DNA of 64,000 nucleotides from Camelus ferus. Its lineage: Eukaryota. Under the pieces are notes generated by a model that was given only the letters and a program-made list of their open reading frames with translations, was not told where the DNA came from and did no database searches. Location of the stretch: positions 2,792,001 through 2,856,000 of the forward strand of contig NC_045697.1 in NCBI RefSeq assembly GCF_009834535.1, written 5' to 3'. The translations under genes and the position numbers were made by a program. Of this stretch, positions 21,891-36,400 are shown piece by piece; position 1 is the first letter of the stretch; each line of letters starts with the position of its first letter.

Positions 21891-24800
21891 TCACACTGGC
21901 CAGGTTCCGACGAAGCTAATAAGGCCACGGACCTCATGTTCGAGTTCTGAAGGTCCCGGAGGCGGCTGTCCCCTCTGAACCCGCACCGTGGCGCTCACCC
22001 CTGTCGAGCCCACGGCGGGACGGCCAGTCCGAAGCTGGGCACCCCCAGAGTCACACCAGGACTGACTGGGGGGATCCGTCCTAATCTGCTGCTCAGTCAT
22101 GTCTTTCTGATGGACTCTGCACTTTCTGATAATCAGAGCTTTGCGCGTTCTGTTTTCACACGCTGAATGTAAAGGCGGTGGCAGGTAACGGGAGTTGCTG
22201 GCCAGGTGGTGTTTTGCGTTCCTCTGAGATTTTTTCACAAGGCTCTGCTTCACTGGGCCCTAAAGGGTGCCACACTGATTCTTTGTTCACTCTGGTTTGA
22301 CTTTCTCGTGTAATTCAATGGTGTCGGAACCTGTAACCTCGCTAGTTTGCACCACAGACCATCCAAATGACATAATTGAAGATTTTTAAGGAAAAGGAAA
22401 TCAGCTGTATTGCTTTCTTGCGTGGATCTGGAAGCTTCCATCAAGGAGATGCTTCCAAGGGGGGAAGGGCCGTAATGGTCTGGGTGTCCAGTCAGCCCTC
22501 AGGCCGGGCCTGCCAGGCCATGTGCGCGCTGCGCTGGGAGTCGGGTTGCTCTCGCCAGAGGTGGATCCCCCAGTGCCGCCCGTGCCCCGGGGCGTCTCCT
22601 CCACACTCTCCCGGACGTAGGCCCAGGCTGCTCCTGGGGGCAGCTGGGGGGTGGAGGGGGTGTGGGTTTCTCCGCGCATCACTTGTGTGCCCCCGGCCAG
22701 GATGGTGGGGGCTTCTCACTCTTGGCCCCTCTCCATTCCCCGCAGCCTCTGACTGGTCCAGGAGGGTTGGGGCCTCTGCCCTCGCAGCCCCGGGGCCCTC
22801 CCCACCCTGTCTTGGCCCCCACAGAGCACCGCTGCTTGTTTTCCAAAATAGTCCAGAGAACCTCTGAGCACATGAAGGGCCTGGGCAGGAATCAGTTTTT
22901 AAAGACTGAATTTAATTCTGTGGGTGGTTCCTTGGCTTCCCAAGCCTCAGTTTTCACGCCTGGAAAAGGGGTGCACACCCTCCCCCACCGCAGCGCATCT
23001 GGATGGGCAGCAGGGGCTGCGGTTCAGGAGCACATAGTGTTTGATGGACCTTTCTGCTGGCTGTCGCGGGACCCTTAGACTATGTGATGTGAGATGTGTC
23101 GTGCCCATTTTACAGAGGAGAAAACTGACCCTGATGGGCTAAAACCACTGCCAGGGGCCAGACGGCCAGGAAGTGGCAGAGCTGGACCAGGTTTTCAGGT
23201 CTGACCCTGGTGGTCCCTGTCCCCCTTCGTGGGGTGGACCTGTGGGTTTCCTGTCCCCAGGAGCCCCATCCTCCTCCCAATGGAACCCCAGCTCTGTCCC
23301 GTGTCAGCTCCAGGACTGGGCTAGTTCTGGCCCAGGCTCCTTGGCCCCCCCTCACCCTTTGCCCCAGTCGCTGGCTCAGCCCAAGGGGCCTGTCGGGCTG
23401 AGCCTGGGACTGACTTGGGTGCTGGGACGGAGGGGTCTCTCGCTTTCTCTGGGCAGCGTGCTGCCTGCTGCTGACCTTTGCTGCCACGTGAGCCCGAGGC
23501 CAGAGCCAGCCCATGGGGGTGGCAGGGGCCCTGGCCTCCAGGCGTGTGAGCCGCAGGTGAGCTGGGCCAGCAGACCCCACGCACAGAGCCCAGCGCCTGG
23601 CTCCTGGGTGGATGTGCGGGAGGTCCACCCTCCAGGGGGACAGGGAGCGTCTGTCTCTGGTTTGGGGACTCCTGGCTGCTTGGTGCTGCCTGCTGACCTG
23701 CGGCAGCCTCTGATTTGCTTTTTGCTTTCTCATTCCGCTCAGTGAGGCTCCGTGAGGATCCAGGGTTCCCGCGGCTCCCAGGGATGACCCCCGACCAACC
23801 TCAGCTGGTGCCCCACCTGCCAGGCCGTGCAGGCGGTGGCCCATCTTGCTCTGTGACACCCAGAGGAGGGAGGTTCTTGGTCCCATGGCGAATAGGGGTC
23901 CTGGGGGGGTGAAGGAAGACTGACGTGAGCACAGTTGTTTCCTTGACACACTTGTCACAGGGCCGGAAGCCTTGCTCCCTCCAGAGGACCCTGAGCTCTG
24001 AACAGGGTCCCTTCGGAAGTCCCTCACGCAAGGAGGACTGTCTGCCTTGGGGAGAAAATGCTTGTATCCTCTTACAAAGGCCGAAGGAAATCAAAACCCC
24101 AGCAGCTCCTGGGGTGTCTCCTAGATGCAGGAACTCAGCTTTGCAGACATTCCTGACGCTACCTTCGCTCCGAGCGATGCAAAACAAAGCTTCCAGGAGA
24201 CTCTCCCTATTGCCATCACCCTCGAAGACCCTGGCCAGTGTCTCTCTGGCAGCTGGGGACAGGCCTTGGAGTGGCCCTGGGTTCAGGCCCCACTCGGTGC
24301 CTGCTGTGAGGCCCGGGGCGCATCTCCTAACCTTCCCGAGGTCGTTTTCCTCCTTGATGGAAGTCCTAACAGCCATCTTCCAGGGCTGTAGGGGCTGAGT
24401 GAGAGGGTGTATCATGCAGTCCTGGGCCCACGGACCTGGACGCTCCGGGCTGGGCCCGGGAATCTGCCCTCTTCCGGGACCTTGGGCAGTTCTGATATGT
24501 TGAGTCTGAGGACCGCGGCCTCTGCTATGGGCCTGAGTTCTGGGGAGAGTGTGGCGGGGGGGTAGGCGGTCAGTGGGGCAGGGAAGAGGTTATCCTGTAC
24601 CAAGATGGAGGAGAAAACCAGCTGCCATCCCGCCACCTGCCTGCATGTGCCCAGGACTGGCTCTGCCCCAGTCTCCAGCCCTCTCACCTAGGCGGAGGGT
24701 GTTGCCCAGGGACCAGGGACCAGTGTGGCCACAGGAGGAGCTTCATGTGGCCCAGGCTGGCCCTTCTCTGCGAATCCCAGGCTGCACAGAAGAGCTGCGC

Positions 24801-25414
24801 TCTGGGAGAGCCCTGGTCACGCGGTCTTTGTCTCTGTGAGCGCCCCTCAACACTTGGCGTCAAGGGCCTGGGGCTGCACGGACAGTTTACTCTGTCCCTG
24901 GTGCTGTCCACTTCTGGCTTCCTGTGTGGCTTCCCAACCCCAGGAGAGCTGCTGGGGTCCTGCACCTGAGCCCGGCTCCCTCAACCCTTCTCTGGGGCAT
25001 CCCCACTCCCCTGACCGACCAGCAGCCTCTGTGTGGACGTGTATGGAGTGCTGGCAGCAGACTGGCTTGTCCACCTGGTGTACGAGCCAGGGTGCCATCG
25101 GTCCTGCGTCCTTCACACTGAGGACCTGTGGCGCCCCGTGTGGAGCAGGCAGGACAGGACAGTGTGGCCCGCCATGAAAGTAATGCTGGAGCACAGTACG
25201 ATGAGACGGGGCTCACCAGCCGGTGACAGGTCCACTTTTCATCTTGCAAAACCGTTGCAGTTGAAATTCTTCAGAAACCATTGCAGGGCAACAACAACGA
25301 GAGCCACTGCTCCTGCCCCTCCCCAGCCCCGTTGACGGGCAGACATGCTTCCGGAGCTGCTCGCCTCCGCTCACGGTAACTGCGGGGTGTGGGGGAGGAA
25401 GTGCATTTCTGAGG

Positions 25415-25776
25415 TGTTACGGCTGGATCCTGTCCCCCCAAATCCATACACCAGAAGCCCACCCCCAGCACCTCGGAAGGTGATGGTTCCTGGAGATGAG
25501 TGTTTAAAGAGGTGATTAGGGTAAAATGAGGTCACACTCGTGGGTCCTGATCCAATAGGACTGGTGTCCCTGCAAGAATGGGGATTGGAACCCGCACACA
25601 CACAGAGGGACGACCACACGAGGACACAGGGAGAGGACGGCTGTCTGCAAGCCCAGGAGAGAGGCCTCGGGAGGAAGCAGCCCTGCCCGCACCGCGGCCC
25701 AGACGCCCTGGCTCAGGATGCGGGGGGAGACCTTTGTGTCTGAGCTGACCAGGCTGTGGACACGGAAACTAACGCA
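25415..25776 (+). mobile_element. MLT1A/B-like solo LTR
   Basis: tgttacggctggat...tttaaagaggtgattagggtaaaatgaggtca...tccaataggactggtgtcc...gaggacacagggagaggacggctgtctgcaagccc...aaactaacgca. Confidence 0.8.
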
Positions 25777-27314
25777 CAGGCTGCCGTGTGCCCCAGGTGA
25801 GCTCACCCATTTCAGAGAGCGTCTTGGCTGCTGGCCCAGGGTCCCTCGGAGGGTGGGCACGCTGCGCCCAGCGTGAGATTTCAGTGTGTTCCCACCGCCT
25901 AGAGGGAAAAGGCCACAGGAGTAGGGACAGTGTATGTGTCCCGGGAAACCCCAGGTGTGTGGATGCGGATGACTTGCGACGGAAGGGAAGCCAGGAGGAG
26001 ACCTGTGTGAGGCTGGCCTGGGAGCTGGCGGGCCGCTCTCTGCCTTTCCCTTCCCCCAGCGTGGGGGTGGGGGCTGGAGCCAGGCGGTGGGCCTGAGGGT
26101 CAGGCCACCCACTGTCAGGGCTGCAGACTCAGGGTCCCCTCCCATCCCCCCACCCCAGCTCCAGGGCGCACGGGGCCCCTGCCAGGGACGAAGTACAGGC
26201 CTGCATACAACATACGCCGTTCATCTGATTCCAGATGTGGGAGTCGCCCCAGTTTCCGGTGGGGACCCTGGTACTCCAGGGCTCCAGTGACCAGCCTTCA
26301 GCCCCGCGTGCATCCACAGCCCCTTGGGGAGGGGCTCCCGGGCTGGGGCTGCAGCTCCTCCGGAGCTAACCTTCTGTGAGTCTAAAGGAGGCCCTGGGAC
26401 TGCTGAGCGCCAAAGGGCGTGGAAGAGGAGCCGGCCGCCTGTGTTCTGTCTGGGTGGTCTGGTGTGAAGTCGTCCTTCCAGAAGTTTCCTTCCCCCGCCC
26501 CCTCCAGTCCCTCCCAGCCACCTTCCTGAGACTGAGGTCTGCAGAGATAGCAGAGGCCTAAGAACCAGTGTGGTGGTTCTGTCTGGATGCTGGGTGGGCA
26601 GGTGTCCAGAGTCACACTCGTGACCATGTTAGAAGCAGAAAGCACGAGGGGCTTGGGACGGTCAGTCCCCACCAGGAACCGCGAGCATCCGGCCGCCCCA
26701 AGGGCATGTTTCCGGAGAGCCACTCGGGAAGGACAACGTCCTCCCAGAGAGGCAGTTCCAGGAAGGATGCCCTGCTCCCAGGCATGCCCTCGGGGAGGCC
26801 GGAGGCCCGCAGGCCTGGTCACACCTCTGCAGGACCCTCACCTCTCCGCCTCCTCAGTGTCCCCATCTGCCATCTCCATGGCGGTGACAGCTCTGCGGAT
26901 GGTGCTTCCCCATCCCTAGGGAACCACCCCTGCCGGCTGGCCCACAGGGAGCACCGGCAGCAGAGAGGACACTTCGCTCGGACAGCTGTGACGGGGGCCC
27001 AGGCGGGGGACACAAGAGCCCTTTGTGGGGACGGAGGGAAGCAGGCGCAGGCATCCTGTCCAGCTGTTGGCATCAGACGGTGTCTGGTCTGTGTTTACTT
27101 GCCGTCTCCCCACAACCAGGCTGGAGAAGCGCCCTCCGTGGTCCGGCGACCAGGGATAGATTTCCTTTCCCTGTGCGCTCCAGGACCACAGTGGTTTCAA
27201 ATCTCAGCCCTGGACAAGGGTGCCACGCTTCCCCGAAGCAACCTTGAAAACTCTGGGATGATGTGCTCCGAGAGGCAGGAGAGGGGCTGTGGCAGCCAAC
27301 ATCCACCAGCACAG

Positions 27315-27425
27315 CATCCCCCAGCACCCCCGAGCCTCCACCCCAACCCAGCCCCACCCCCACCCTTCACCTCCACCCAGCCCCACCCCATCCCACTCCT
27401 ACCCCGCCCGCCCAGCCCCACCCTT
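27315..27425. repeat. C-rich low-complexity tract, (CCCCA)-like
   Basis: ccccaacccagccccacccccacccttcacctccacccagccccaccccatccc. Confidence 0.7.
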
Positions 27426-30400
27426 GCACTATCAACCATCTAACAAATACCCAATAAGCATTTGCTTCATGCTGGTCTCTGAGCGAGTGAGTAAATAGGG
27501 GTGCCTAACACTGTTTGGAACTGCCCTACGTGTTCTTTGCTGCAGGTCCTCACCTCCGCCTACTGGCTCTCAGGGACTGTGGGGACAAAGTCCAAACAGT
27601 GGCCATGGAGGGGTGTGAACACATCTGCCACTGCCACCGGCTGCCACCCCTGGGGCCCAGCGTCTCCAAATCCAGCAGAGATGCAGCCCTTGGCCCTGGA
27701 CGGCCAGGGGAGGCTGCTCCTCCGTGCACGGCTCCCCTCGGATGGGCGGTGCCCCCCTGCACTGCTGCCCCTGGCAGCCCGACCCCTGGCCCAGGCGGTC
27801 TGGGCTTGACCGGACTTCGGGCACCTCAGGTGAGGGGCCAGGTCTACCCGCTGCCCCAGGGCCTCCCCAGCCCCTCTGGGCCTCTGACCTCCCCGGAACA
27901 CGCCACCCTGAGGGGCGGGGAAGGCACTTTTCTCACCAAAGCTCTGAAGGATCATCTACTAAACTCTCCTGTGGCTGGCCCTGGGGCTCTGGGATGTCAC
28001 AGTTACATCCCCACAGGCAAGGCTGGCTCTCAGGCCTGCGACCTGTCCACGGCGACTGATCCGACCCAGATGCGGGGCTCCATCCATCCCTTACCGCCGA
28101 AGCCCTGGCCATTGCGAGGAGCTGCCCTGTGAGGTCACGGCTGTCCTGTTTATTGGCCTGACCGTGAGTCAGGCCCAACCCTGGGAGGCCTGCCAGAGAG
28201 CCTGCAGGGTGGGCTTGTGAGACAGCCCAGACCCCCGGGCGAGCATCTTGGAAGAGAGGCCTCCTGGCAAACTCTGACAATACTCTTGGCAAATTCCCTG
28301 CCTCCCTCCAGGCAGCACGTTAACCACTCAGGTGCCACTGAGCTGTTGCCCGAGCTGAGCTGTGGGGGTGGGGCTGCACCTTGGTGATGCGGTCTCTGTG
28401 CGTACAATGAGGCTGCGCCCAGCCCCTCCTCTGAGTGACCTGTTGAACCCTACTCCCCCAAATTTCAGTGAGGTATGCTCAGTGAGGTCACGAGACTCAC
28501 CCCGTGACACGGCTGTGGGGCCCATCAGACCCACTGTCTCGGGTCCCCTTCTCCGCCAAGTGCTCAGCCCCGAGCCAGGAACAGGGCAGGGCGACTGGGG
28601 TCTCCCCTCCTCCCAGCACAGGGAGGATGGTGGTGAGCTGGCAGGTGCAGCCCCTCTGGAGCCCGCAGGCAGAGGCAGACAGAGGGCCACACACGGCAGA
28701 ACAAGGACTAGGGGCGGGGGCCAGGAGCACCGTTTCCCTGCTCGGCTGGCACGTTGGGGCCTCGTAAAGCAATTTTTAAAAACTTAACTAAGCGAAACTG
28801 ACTGTACGTCCACTCACACCAGATGTCCAGGCATATCCTGCTTGCTCTGTTCTCACTCCAGCTGCTCGTGGTTCTTACCCAGTGTCCCTCTGCCCCAGCT
28901 TCGCACCTCCACACGCCACAGCCCTGCATTCAGACCTCATCCCCCGCTCCGTGACCGTCGAGGTCTCTAGACCAGCGCAGACCTGAGCCCATCTCCCCAG
29001 GCCCCCGGCCCTCACGCAGAAGCCCAATGCCCTGGCCCCTCCGCTGCCGCCCACCGCCCTCTGCAGGCCGTTCGGCCTCTGTGTGGGCTGTTCCCTCTGC
29101 CTGGAACACCCTTCCCGCTGCGCTCGAACAGCTCCCGCTTGTCCTGAACCCACCGGGACCTTCCTCCTCCGTGCTCCCTGCGCCGCCCCAGGCCGGGCAC
29201 GTGGCAGGTGCTCTATCAGTTTCACAACTTGCTACCTTTGTGCAAACTTTCCACCGCCCCCGCCCCAATTCCATGCGCCTTGAACCATCTTCAGGATGCA
29301 CTCCCAGGTGGGAACTTCCGAGCTGAGGTCCACGCACATGTTTGTCATTTAACGGTGCATGTGAGTTCCTGATTTATGAAGTCAACAGCAAAGCGCGGGA
29401 ATGCGGTCACCAGCTTGCCCTGCCCTGCCCCCGCCCCGGCACAGGCACTGCTGCTTCAGAACATGTAAGTTTAATAGGTGGAGAGAAGCCCTGTGACTTC
29501 AATGTGTGTCTGTGTCCCCGGCAGCTCAGAGGAGCCTGGCTGAAAGGAGGTTTTGCTCTCCGCTCTCTCTAGGGACTGGCCTTCGTCCCGTCCAGTCCCC
29601 CCCGCAGGACTAGAGGGAAGGGCTGTCTGATCTAGAGGCTGGCAGACAAGGAGAGCGCTGGGTCCCAATCTCGCCCGCCCTCTGCTCCCTGTGTCCCGAG
29701 CCAGGGACGGGAGCAGCGGTGGGTCACCCTCGGCTCCCAGGTACCTGGTCCTGACGAGGCGCTGGGTGATCCCTCCCGTGGGAGCTCCTCCTCTCCACCC
29801 CCCAGTCATGCCCCTCCCTCTGAGCCAGCACTGGGGGAGCCACCCCACCCCTCAGGAGCAGGTGGGAGCTCCCTGGACTGTCATTCAGGGCCCTTCACGG
29901 GGCTCCCCACCTTGTTCCCCTCCTGGCCCTGCAGCCCAGCCACCCCAGACCACTGACTTCACCCTCCACCAGCCTCAGCTTGGACCCTCTCTGGGACCTT
30001 CCCAACCCTCGGCCCCAGGGCCCTGGTGTAACACCCCCTCGCTCTGCTTCGCCGCGGAGGCCCTTGGGAACCCTCTTTTCCTGCGCTGGGCATGGGACGA
30101 CAGGGGCAGGGTGAGGGAGGTGGGGGCTGCCAGATCCAACCCGCGCCTCTCCTGGCTGCGCTGACATCGGAGTCGAGCCTGCAGTCCCCGCCTCAGGCTT
30201 CCGGGCCCAGGGCCTTTCCCTGTCCCTTTTCTAGGCTGGACCCAGAGACCCAGAGGGGAGAGAACTTGTGTGTTGGTGTCCTTGGCCCCCAGTCCTCGTG
30301 GGGCCTCCGTTGCTTCACCTGTGAAATAGGGCAACGCCCACTGCCCGGCAGGCAGGGCTGGAGCGAGGACTCGAGGGTGATGGGCCCGACTCACGGGAGA

Positions 30401-33400
30401 CGTTCAGGCAGTGCTGACCCGCCGCGGCTGCACGTCACAGCGGGGAGGACGCTGCCGTCTGGGTCCTGGGGGCGCGGAGGACAGCCCCATGCCCTGCACG
30501 CGCCAGGGCGGCAGCCCCCGGGGGGGGCAGCTGTGACTCTGCCACACAGGCCCAGCTCAGCCCTGCCGGAGCGGAGCTCCCGAGAGCCCGAGGCGGACAC
30601 ACTGAGCAGCTGCCCTGAGACCCTCTGCCTGTCTTAGCAGATGAAGGAAGGCGGATGTCCAGCTGGCCTGGGTCTGAGGCCGGAGGGGCGGGCCGTCATC
30701 CTGCTGGTCGGGGCGGCCCAGCCCGTGCGTGGGAGCGCAGCGGCCAGGCCTGCAGGAGGGGGTGGCCCTGGGCCTGGCCCTGAGTTTATAAGCTGAGCCT
30801 GTGGTGTCAGAAGTTTCTCCAAAACCTCCACTCTCTCCTGGCCTTGCAGCTGTTTTTCCTTAAAAAGAAAAACACAAATCCAAACTCAAACAACAACGTG
30901 GATTTCAGCAGTGCGCTCGCTGGGCGGCTGGTGGGTGCGTGAGCGACACCAACAGCCGTGCTGGAAAACGGTAGCTTGAAGCAGCCCTGGCCCTCTCGGC
31001 TGGAGCTGCTGTGTGGACGGCCAAGGTCTGTCCTCCCACAACCCCGCCGGCCCCCCGGAGGATGGAGGGGCAGCCGGGACCCCCTGCCCGGGGCCCCTGC
31101 ACGGGCTGCTCCCTCTGCCTCCAGCGCTGCCGCCCTCACCGGCCTCCCAGCAGGTCTTTGCAGACCAGGCCTTCGCTCTGCTGCCCCGTCCCTGAGCCCC
31201 CGACGGCCTGCCCGTGCTCCTCTCGTGAAAGGGGGCTCTGGGCTTCCCCTCCCGGTCCCTAGAGCCTCGCACGTAGGTGGCAGGTGTCCGGTTAATGTTT
31301 GCTTTGCTGGCTGGAGGCCTTGATGTATCGGATGCCTGTGTTTCCTGAGGCACAACGCCGAGTGGCCAGGGCCGGGCCCCTTGCAGATGCTTCTTCAAAG
31401 CTGCATCCTCCTTCTCAAGGAAGCGAGGCGCCTTTACTGAGCCCCTGCTAATGTGGGTCACTGAGTTTGCGCAGCCAAACCGACTGGACGGAGCCACACC
31501 TCCTCCAGGGAGCCCTCCTGAGCCCCTAGGTCAGCACCCTGCTCCGTGTTTTCCTCCATCAGAACCCGCCATGGGCTGGCCACCCTGCCTGTCCTCTCTC
31601 TAATGGCCACTCAGGATGGGGGTGCACCGGGAGAGCAGAGAGCACGCCTCCTGCGTGGCTGACATCCCTGTGTGCGGGCAGAGTTAGATTAAATCATAAC
31701 ACGTAAATACACACGATGCCCGACCACGCGCTCTGGGCTGAGTGCAGACGGGGTGGGGCGAGGCTGCAGGTGGCGAGGGCAGAGGCAGGGCGACAGCTGG
31801 AGGTTCCCTGTGGCCCCACCAGCTGATGGTGGCTCCAAGCAACAGAGGTGGCAAGAAGGTTGTAGATCAGCTGGAGGTGGTGCCTTCGGATGCTTGAGAT
31901 GGTGGGAGAAGGAGGGGTGACAGTCTCCAGGATGCAGACCCCACGGGGGTGACTGAAGGAGGCTGGGAGGCAGATTCAGATGGGCCTGAGCCCAGCCATC
32001 TACAACCTCTCGACATGGGACAAGTGACAAGTCCCAAGTCTGCATCCTGACAGTGCAGGGGACACACATGCTGCTGGGCAGGTCTGGACACGGCCGCTGT
32101 GTGGGAAGCCTTCCACGTACGAATCCAATCTTGGTGCAGTTCCCCTGAAGTCTGGTCCTCTGATCTGTCCCTGGGCATGCCTTCCTGGAGCTCCCAGGGG
32201 TCTTTCTGGTCCCCCAGCTCCGCCACCACTGCCCTGCTTGTTTCTGTACAACCTCCTGGATCCAGCATCCCTCGACCTGGGGACACTTCACCTGGGCGTC
32301 TGCAGGTCCACACCTGCCACACCTGGGGGTGTCTGAGGAGGGGTGCTCTGTAAATGGAGGCTGGGCTGGGGGAACGTCCTGTGTCCGCAGGGGCCTGGGA
32401 TCTTTCACGTGACCTGAGCCCTGGGATGCAGCCCTCAGCAGCCAAAACCCAAGCCCGGTGTTCACTCCTGTCAACATCTTCATTCGGCCCTTTCTAGAAG
32501 ACAAAGGAAGCTCGTTGGAGACGAGCTCTCAAAGTTTGGGCACCATTTCAGACTCAGAGGAGCTGGTCCAGCAGCTCCTGCCTTCCCTCATCTCCCCCCA
32601 CCTGCCCCTGGAGCCTGTCCCTGCCCCACTGGGACCAGACATGCTCCCTGGTGCACCCCATCCCCAAGGGTCCCCTGGTCCCATCTCTCCCTGCCGGACC
32701 CTCACCCCTGCTCCTTCTTTCCCACGTGGTCTCAGCCTAGGGTCTCCTTCTCCGGGAAGCCTCCCCTGATACGCCCTCCCTTCTGGCTGTCAGGTGACCC
32801 CCCTGCTCCTGCCCGCCGCCTCCCAGCTGAACTTCGCCTAGCCTTCTTTTTCTTTAATATCTGTTTAGAAAACAAGTCTAGAATGCTTGTCATGCCAGGC
32901 TCCACTGTAACACCTTACAGATAGTAACATACTTCATCTCCAGTTAGTCTCCCATTCACAGAGGAGCACACCTGAAGCGCAGAGAGGGCAGGACACCTGC
33001 TCAGCATCACACAGCCGGCAGGAAGCAGAGTTGGGATTTAGACCAGCACCCGGTGCTTGCATCTGGGGGCAGCCTCTGTCCTTGCCTGCCCACTGCCTGT
33101 CTTCACCATGGCTCCCCAGGCAGGGCCGTGTCTGCCTGGCCCACAGCAGGGTGGGGCCTCATAACACAGGATACAATTAGATACGATTCTCCCCACTTCC
33201 CAGGTGAGAAAACTGAGCCCCAGACAGTTGGTGTCCCTTATATGTCCCTAGAGGCCATGTCCAGACCAGCTCAAGGCCACGGCTGGGTGAGGGAGGTCAG
33301 TCTCTCAGCTTCATTGAGCCTCACTGTTCTTAACCGAAAGTGACACCCCACCTGGCATGACTGGGGTGAGAACGAAGCCCTATAAACCAAGGAACCCTGA

Positions 33401-36400
33401 ACTTTAACCTCCCCAGGCGTCTGCTTGAATGTGGGTCCCAAGTAGGTAGATCAGGGGGTGCAGCTGGTGATTCCCTTGTCAGTAAGCTCTCCAGTGACAC
33501 CAGACTGCCTGAATGCGATCACACTCTGAGCAGCAGGGACGTGGCCCGTGATAGGACTCAGCACAGCAAGCCCCCCCGAGCTGGACCCTTACCCCACACC
33601 TGACCAACCGGCTCATGCCCAGGGCTGCGGGCACGTTAGGGATGGCCAGACAGAATGCTTTGTGCGGCCGAGGGCTCACAGAGACGAAGCAAAGTGTTCA
33701 CAGCTGTTGTCGGAATCACAGGTTTTGCCAGTATTTTGGAGGAAACTAGCAAAAGCCCAGAGGACAGCTGGGGCCAGTGAACATGCTTCTGCACCCCCGC
33801 CCCCACCGACTCCCTGTCGGGGAAGGGGTTGTTTGTTCCCACGTGGGGGCGGAGGGGCAGGCGTGTTTCTCCCAGAATACAAATGAGTCTTGGCCTTTGC
33901 TCGAGCGTCCTTCAGATGGGAAAAACTAGCTTTGCATCTGGTGGAAGCGGGAAGACAGAGTCCCCGACATGGTGTGAGGGGGCCATGCCAGCTCACAGCT
34001 CGGAGCATCAGGGGTCGCCCAGGCTCGTGTCCACGGGCCCTGACCCGAGGGTCTCCAGTTCAGATCAAGACCAGGTGCGAGTGATGTCCTGCCCGGGGCC
34101 CCACGCCAGCCTGGCCTTGCCGACGTCTCTTCCCCATGCACCTCGGGGCCCACGGGCAAGGGTCTTCCTCCGGAGCTGTGATGGGGGTGGACACGCCCAC
34201 AGAGCGGGTACCCCCACACTGCCTGTTGGGCCCTAAGACCTCCACCTCCACCAGGGAATCCAGGGCCCTCAAACCTCATTCCTCCTCCCTTCCTCCTGCT
34301 TCTCAGGTGAGGCAGGGTCTCCGTGCCCATCCCGGGGCAACTTCCTGCAAGCTGCTTCCTTATCCATGGCTTACAGGAAAACTTTTTCTTTAAGTCTTTT
34401 TTTTTTTTCTTTTTTAAATCGTAGTTGTGCGTGCATGTAATCTAAGGAGTGAAGGAGTTCCCAGGGCTTGTTATAAAAAACAACAATCCCCTCCCCCACA
34501 CGCAGTTGTTCTTCCCCAGAGGCAACCACTTCCTCTTTCAAAAAACTAATTCTTTTGGTATTTATGTCTGTATTCCTAAAGAACATTCTTGCATTCATCC
34601 TTCTTGTTTTTTCAGCTTAGTCAATATCTACCGACTTCCTTTATGGAGGAGAGATGTAAGTTTCTCTGTCCCCTGCCCTCCGCCCACCCCCACCCCCAAA
34701 CACACACACCTCCTTCCCCATCACAGCCCCTGCACCGCAAAGAGTGTGGTTTGAGTAAGATCCGCTATGAGTATGTAATGGAGCTCACAGCAGAGCCAGG
34801 TAATATACTGTAATTACTTTTCCTGTCTGCCTTACATTTTTCCCCCTACAGTTATTAGTCGCTGTGTTATTTTATCTGTTTTTTCCTTTAATGTGCTTAT
34901 TGTTACTATAACACCAAACCCTCTGCCTCTTGTTTAAACCTCCAACCCTCAGACACAGAAAAAGGTGGGCGGAGGCCAGTTTTGCAGGAAGTACTCATCT
35001 TCCAGTTGCCAACAGAGCCATTGTCAAGTCCAAAGCCATCCTGATTCTTGATTCTTTATGTGTGATCTTTCCCGCTTGGATTACTTACTCAAAAAGAAAA
35101 ATAAGTTTTAAAAATAAAGTAGTTTTTGAATAGACTCATTTGACCCTCACTCCTGCATCTTTCAAATGAGCAAAAGCAAGTCTTAGTTTTATTGATGGTG
35201 GTGGAAGCTGACTTCACACCCTAGAGTGATCTCAGGAGTAAATCATGGCTGTGTCTTCCATCTAGTGTGGAGCCACAGCTATTGTGAATTTTATGGCCAC
35301 GACTCTCACTCATGCTGGCCTGTGCATGTGGAACGAGCTGCGTAGAGTGCCTGGCGCCCCATGGGTCCTGAGCAGGTAGTGCTGTCAGCCCCTGTCCCAG
35401 TGGGGCACCGGCATCCTCCCATCTGCCAGCCACAGCACACACCTGGCCCCGGACTGCCTCCGCATCAGCCCCCTCTTCGGTCTCCAGGGCCCTTCAGCGA
35501 GTGAGAGCTGACTATGCATCTCTCCCAGCTCGGGGTGGAGTCGGGGGTACACAGGGCCCCTGATGTTGCAGGTGACCCTCCGAGGGAGGCCGACTGTGCC
35601 CTCCTCCTGTCTACCTTGGGTCTGAGTGGGATTGCCCTGGCTGTGAGCACAGGCTAGAAGGTTAAAATTATAGGGCTCCTCTCATAGTCCAGCTTGATCC
35701 CTTGGGCCTCAGTTTCCACAGCTGTAAAATGGGGAGAAGAGAGCTTTTCTGAAAATTAAATCAATAACTAGATGTGGTTTGATGAGCACTTAGTGACACA
35801 CAGTGGGTCCTCATGCTCACTGTCGGACTGGCTGCCAAGGAGCCAGGGCCCCTGGCTGGCCCAGATGCTTGTGACACACAGACCCCCACCTTGAGGCTCT
35901 GCCTCGAAAGGCCCCAGGCTTGTCTCCAGGGAACCTGAGCCTGGTGCAGACCGCAGCCCCCTCGGCCCCGGCCCCAGAAACGCGGCCTTCTGGGACACGG
36001 GGTCTCCTGCCAAGAAGGGCTTTTTTGCCAGCTCCTTCTGGTTCTCATTAGGACCTGCCGCATCCCCCGCCCCTCCCGGTTGGGCAGTGTCACTCCTCAC
36101 AGTCCTCTTGGGACCATCATGGCTCAACGAGTTCCATCAGCTCATCAGGGTCAAACCAAGGGACCCACACCTTCCAGGAAGGAGACGGAAGGGCCTCACG
36201 TGGACTTGGGGGCCGAGAGCAAGCCTGGGCTGGGCCATGCTGGCCGTGGGCCCTCCGGGTGTGGGTGAGGTTTGCGTAGGAAGCCTCTCTCACAGGCAGG
36301 TGAGTGTGGCTAGAGAGGCGGACCCTGTGGAGGAGACCGGCAGAGGCTGGAACCCTGGGAAAAGAAGTCAGTCCTTACCCTGAGGGTCCCAGGGGCCACC

